This document shows positions 60,485-64,000 of a stretch of DNA of 64,000 nt, piece after piece. Made by a program: the position numbers and the translations under genes. The notes under the pieces were generated by a model. It was not told where the DNA came from. It saw only the letters and a list, made by a program, of their open reading frames with translations, and made no database searches. Each line of letters starts with the position of its first letter. Positions within the stretch are counted from its first letter, which is position 1. Origin of the DNA: Candidatus Zixiibacteriota bacterium (lineage in GTDB: Bacteria > Zixibacteria > MSB-5A5 > UM-FILTER-46-8); assembly GCA_014730345.1 (NCBI GenBank), contig WJIJ01000051.1:3592-67591 (forward strand). Reading direction: 5' to 3'.

Positions 60485-61378
60485 GTGGAACGAAAAGAGA
60501 TTATAAAGATATCGATTATCGCTTTGGTCCTTGGGGTTCTTACTTCCTTTTTCTATCCCCAGGGCGAAGACTTAAGCATGCCCTGGCCTGTCCTGTTCAA
60601 TTTCATTTTAGAGATGTTTTACTATGCCCTGATTATCTCCATGTTTGATAACAGCACGGGATTTGTGGAGCATCTTGTTTACGCCGGGGGAAGCTTTATA
60701 TTCCGCGTCATCACTTCGCTTGTCTTCGCCGCCGCGATAACTACAGCCCATGGTATTAGTTTCACCGAATCGATCAGACTCGGAATAGTCGGCTACCTGC
60801 CGCAGGTATTTTCGATGATTCTCGTCTCGCCATGGGTACTGCTGTCGTTTCTTAAGGACAGTTACAAGGAGAAAGTCCGGAGTATATCCAAACCTGACGT
60901 GCCTGTTTACGAAAAGAAAGTGCGTAAGCAGATGGAAGAAATTCAGCAGGAAAAAGAAAGAATTTTAGAGCCGGAAAAACCTGTCGAAGGCGATATGTCC
61001 GTCGAGGGCGTACTGGATTACGTATCCGGCGGCAGGGGCGTGGTTGGAAGCATGATATCCTCGCGTGAAGGGCTGTTGCTGGCATACAGGTTCAGGACCC
61101 AGAAAAAAGCGGAGGAATGGGCCGCGCGGCTCGAAAAAATCTTTGTATCCAACGATTCAATGATGCATCATTATGGAGTGGGCATGCTTAAAAATGCCGA
61201 ATTCCTCGCCGGCGATTTTAACATTGGAATTTATGATGTCTCGGGCATAAGGCTGATTGTAATTGTCCAGGCATCAGCGACAGACAATCTAATTAGCATT
61301 CGCATCGCCCGCGCTGTAGAGATGCTTGGCAAGGTAGTTAAATCCAGATATGGGAATGTAATCGCGTCTGAAGTTTGA
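60485..61378 (+). CDS. Polytopic membrane protein with a C-terminal roadblock/LC7 domain
   Basis: Four N-terminal TM helices. C-terminal roadblock-like region (VVGSMISSREGLLLAYRF...IRLIVIVQASATDN). Confidence 0.55.
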   Translation: MERKEIIKISIIALVLGVLTSFFYPQGEDLSMPWPVLFNFILEMFYYALIISMFDNSTGFVEHLVYAGGSFIFRVITSLVFAAAITTAHGISFTESIRLGIVGYLPQVFSMILVSPWVLLSFLKDSYKEKVRSISKPDVPVYEKKVRKQMEEIQQEKERILEPEKPVEGDMSVEGVLDYVSGGRGVVGSMISSREGLLLAYRFRTQKKAEEWAARLEKIFVSNDSMMHHYGVGMLKNAEFLAGDFNIGIYDVSGIRLIVIVQASATDNLISIRIARAVEMLGKVVKSRYGNVIASEV

Positions 61379-61402
61379 TAAGGATGTGCACGGAGGATAA
61401 TA

Positions 61403-61762
61403 ATGTATGATGTTCTGGCGGAACTGAATAAAACCTCGGGTATAAAGGGAAGTATGATGGTCGGCGCCGATGGCATTATAATCGCCGCGGACCTCGATAA
61501 TGAACTCGAGGATGATACCGTAGGGGCTCTGGCGGCTTCCATAATCGCCGGTATCAAAAAAGCTGTGAATAGACTTGACCGCGGTCAGCTTAATCATGTT
61601 ATGATTGAAGCGGAGCATGGAAAAGTTTTTCTTAGTGAAAATCAGTTTGGTATACTTGTAGTAATTGCCGACAACGAAGTCAATATCGGATTAATCAGGT
61701 TGGAGATGAGAACCGCTTTAAGCCGAATTCAGAACTCCACCGTAATCACCGGCAAATCTTAA
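61403..61762 (+). CDS. Roadblock/LC7-domain protein (MglB/MglC-like)
   Basis: The 119-aa sequence ([18 protein letters not shown]...[22 protein letters not shown]) fits the roadblock consensus. Confidence 0.8.
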   Translation: MYDVLAELNKTSGIKGSMMVGADGIIIAADLDNELEDDTVGALAASIIAGIKKAVNRLDRGQLNHVMIEAEHGKVFLSENQFGILVVIADNEVNIGLIRLEMRTALSRIQNSTVITGKS

Positions 61763-61781
61763 GGGGAGAACAGGTGATAAG

Positions 61782-63731
61782 ATGGTAACAATAAATTACG
61801 CTTTCCGGGAAGTAGTCAGTAAAATCGTATATTACGGTCCGGGGCTTTCGGGCAAAACAACGAATTTGCATTATGTTTTCCGAAAAGTCCCACCCCAGAC
61901 CAGAGGGGAGATGATTTCCCTGGCAACTGAAGCCGACCGGACCCTGTATTTCGATTTCCTCCCCATCAATCTCGGGAGTATCCAGGGGTTCGCCACCAAG
62001 TTCCAATTGTACACTGTTCCCGGGCAGGTTTTCTATAATGCTACCCGGAAACTCGTTTTGAGGGGCGTCGATGGCCTGGTGTTCGTTGCCGATTCCCAAC
62101 TTGCAAAAATGGATGAAAACCTTGAGAGTCTGAATAACCTCAAGGAAAACCTCGTTGAATATGGTATCAATTACGATGAAATACCTCTTATCATCCAGTA
62201 TAACAAGCGCGATCTCCCCAATATCGCTACCATCGAACAGCTTGAAGCCGCCCTTAATCCGGCAGGAGCGCCCTATTTCGAAGCCGTAGCTTCTAAAGGG
62301 GAAGGAGTTTTTGATACACTTAAAGCTATCTGCAAAATCGTTCTCGACAGAGCCCGCAGTGAACACGGTGTTACCGCTACCGAGGAGGTCCCGGTCGGAC
62401 AGATGCAATCCGCCGAAAACCAGGCGCAGGGTTTAACACCATCGAGTCTCGATGACTCCGCCCCGGCATTGCAACCTCCCACTCAAACACTCGATGATGA
62501 TAAAGATGAAAACGAAGATACACTAACTCCCGGTTCACAGCAAACCTCGGCCCCGGAACCTGAACCGGTAAAACCTGTTCAGCAAGAACCTCCGGCACAG
62601 GCGCCTCCTCAGAAAACATCGTCGACACAGGAATCTGCCCCGCAGGAACCCCCGGCGCAGAAAGACCCGAATGTATATGAATTATCTGTAGATGAGCCCG
62701 GTGAACAGTCTCCTGCTCCGGCCGAAGAAGCAAAAGAAACGCCTATTGCCGGGCCATCTGAACCAGAAAAAACTCCCGAAACGCCGCTTGAATCTCAACC
62801 GGAGAAGGAAAAAACCGCGGAAACACCCTTGGCGGCGTCAAGTGAGAACGAAAAATCGTCGCCGTCAAACGACGTTGTTCCGCCAAACACACCTGACACT
62901 GCAGGTTTCCGTCCGGATGTCCATGTACTGGATGATTCTGATTCAGATACCAAACAGCCCGCCGATGATAACGCCCTTGATTCCACAACGGACAACAAGA
63001 TTCACCAGGTCAATATCGGCCTGGATGATTTCCAGACCGATACCATTAAATCCGAAGAAATGAACGCCGCCGAATCCGACCAGACACCGGCGCCGGAAGA
63101 GGAACACACCGAGAAATCGGAGATTGATAATCTTGAAACAGAAGCGGATGCTTCACCAAAGAAGTCCAAGCCATTTATCCCCGGTTTCGATTTTAGCGAG
63201 GAAGATGATAGCCCGCCGGGCGGTGGCTCAATTGGCGAACAAAACACCGCTTTCGAACAGCCGACGGCATCATCAACGCCTAAGGAATCCGAAGTTCCTG
63301 AAGGACCAGAGCAGGATATTACAAATCATCAATTACCACCCGAAAAGCCCGCGGAGGAAGCAATAAACCAGAAACTGCCTCCGGAGCCTCCGGTTTCAGC
63401 AAAACCAGAAGTTCAAAATGATAATCAGCCGCCCGCTTCCGGGTACTCATCGCTTGCCGATGATATCCTCCAGGATGTGGAGCAATCGGCCGATATTTCC
63501 CATGATATTCAATCAAGCGAGGCTGACACGGAAGCAGATGATTTAATCGGGAATACTGAAAAGAGCGTTAAGAAGGACGAAAATATAGATAAAGCGGAAG
63601 AACCAACCGATGAATCCGAACAGGAAGATGGCTACAAACCAAAGATGGATGGCATGAAAAAACGCAAAAAAGAGAAGAAATCCTTGTTTGGATGGTTTAA
63701 GAAATTAGGCCGGTCCAAAGGAGGTGAATAG
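61782..63731 (+). CDS. mglA: MglA-family Ras-like GTPase with a ~450-aa low-complexity Pro/Glu/Ser-rich C-terminal extension ending in a basic amphipathic tail
   Basis: The first ~195 aa are near-collinear with M. xanthus MglA ([16 protein letters not shown]; [10 protein letters not shown]; [10 protein letters not shown]; [11 protein letters not shown]; [10 protein letters not shown]). The remaining ~450 aa have no stop and consist of PEP/Q-rich then D/E-rich low-complexity sequence, ending [24 protein letters not shown]. Confidence 0.85.
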   Translation: MVTINYAFREVVSKIVYYGPGLSGKTTNLHYVFRKVPPQTRGEMISLATEADRTLYFDFLPINLGSIQGFATKFQLYTVPGQVFYNATRKLVLRGVDGLVFVADSQLAKMDENLESLNNLKENLVEYGINYDEIPLIIQYNKRDLPNIATIEQLEAALNPAGAPYFEAVASKGEGVFDTLKAICKIVLDRARSEHGVTATEEVPVGQMQSAENQAQGLTPSSLDDSAPALQPPTQTLDDDKDENEDTLTPGSQQTSAPEPEPVKPVQQEPPAQAPPQKTSSTQESAPQEPPAQKDPNVYELSVDEPGEQSPAPAEEAKETPIAGPSEPEKTPETPLESQPEKEKTAETPLAASSENEKSSPSNDVVPPNTPDTAGFRPDVHVLDDSDSDTKQPADDNALDSTTDNKIHQVNIGLDDFQTDTIKSEEMNAAESDQTPAPEEEHTEKSEIDNLETEADASPKKSKPFIPGFDFSEEDDSPPGGGSIGEQNTAFEQPTASSTPKESEVPEGPEQDITNHQLPPEKPAEEAINQKLPPEPPVSAKPEVQNDNQPPASGYSSLADDILQDVEQSADISHDIQSSEADTEADDLIGNTEKSVKKDENIDKAEEPTDESEQEDGYKPKMDGMKKRKKEKKSLFGWFKKLGRSKGGE

Positions 63732-63734
63732 AGA

Positions 63735-64000
63735 TGAGCGAGAGTACCGTAATTTATGAGAACGATGTAAAGCAGATAGACAAGCTGATGGCCCGGCTTA
63801 TTTCGGAAGCGGAAGCAAAATGCGCGCTTTTAGTCGATAAGGACGGAAGGCTAATAACCCGCCAGGGATTTACAAATACGCTTGATACTACTGCTCTTGG
63901 GGCGCTACTCGCGGGAAGTTTCGCTTCCACTAAAGAGATAGCCCGCCTTGTTGGCGAACCTGAATTTTCAGTTTTGTTCCATCAGGGCAAAAAGGACCAT
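63735..64000 (+). CDS. mglB: MglB GTPase-activating protein (roadblock domain), 3' truncated by the window edge
   Basis: The first 88 aa match M. xanthus MglB (ALLVDKDGRLITRQGFTNTLDTTALGALLAGSFASTKEIARLVGEPEF). 3-nt spacing after mglA. Confidence 0.85.

Noticed and set aside
61746-62408. 220-aa ORF on the - strand
   Set aside because: Antisense to the MglA GTPase domain, which has overwhelming similarity on the + strand.
61782-63731. MglA tail as a separate gene fused by sequencing or assembly error
   Set aside because: The whole 649-codon frame is open with uniform codon usage, and the downstream mglB follows at a normal 3-nt spacing. Without read data, however, a frameshift or assembly artefact cannot be excluded (flagged in the findings).
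1-64000. CRISPR arrays, rRNA/tRNA genes, transposases or integrases
   Set aside because: No regularly spaced direct repeats, no tRNA-like cloverleaf candidates in intergenic gaps, and no IS/integrase-like ORFs were seen. All longer gaps are AT-rich promoter regions.

Overview
The window is a 64-kb chromosomal segment from a bacterium, apparently an uncultivated FCB-superphylum-like lineage, with GC roughly 50%. It is densely coding, mostly on the + strand, with about 55 genes and no rRNA/tRNA, CRISPR or obvious mobile elements.

Genes in order (annotated individually under features):
- Housekeeping and transport: a 5'-truncated rsmB-like rRNA methyltransferase, a PASTA-domain membrane protein, rpe, a 4-gene sugar ABC importer, an LVIVD-repeat secreted protein with a T9SS C-terminal sorting domain, a Nudix hydrolase, queC with a queuosine-precursor transporter, a lipoprotein with an outer-membrane beta-barrel protein, and an alpha-glucan phosphorylase divergent from gdhA.
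- A tandem pair of unusual PEP/pyruvate-binding-type ATP-grasp proteins, the second carrying a GAF-like N-terminus and a Pol-beta-type nucleotidyltransferase C-terminus.
- A metallophosphoesterase, a TtcA-like PP-loop ATPase translationally coupled to a Mut7-C RNase-domain protein, a CPA2 antiporter and uvrA.
- A 14-kb near-complete type IVa pilus supercluster: pilin, pilT, two prepilin-like minor pilins, a 529-aa unknown protein, pilMNOPQ, an 800-aa Ig-like-domain lipoprotein, pilB and pilC.
- A tamB-like/tamA pair, a class-I glutamine amidotransferase, iscR-iscS-mnmA, a UPF0173 hydrolase, an HExxH membrane protein, an LpxL-family acyltransferase and comEC.
- A polarity/GTPase module: a DUF4388 protein, three roadblock/LC7-domain proteins (two fused to TPR or transmembrane regions), an MglA GTPase with a ~450-aa Pro/Glu-rich C-terminal extension ending in a basic amphipathic tail, and a canonical MglB cut off at the window end.

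The most novel-looking items are the ATP-grasp/NTase tandem pair and the extended-MglA/multi-roadblock module beside the pilus locus.
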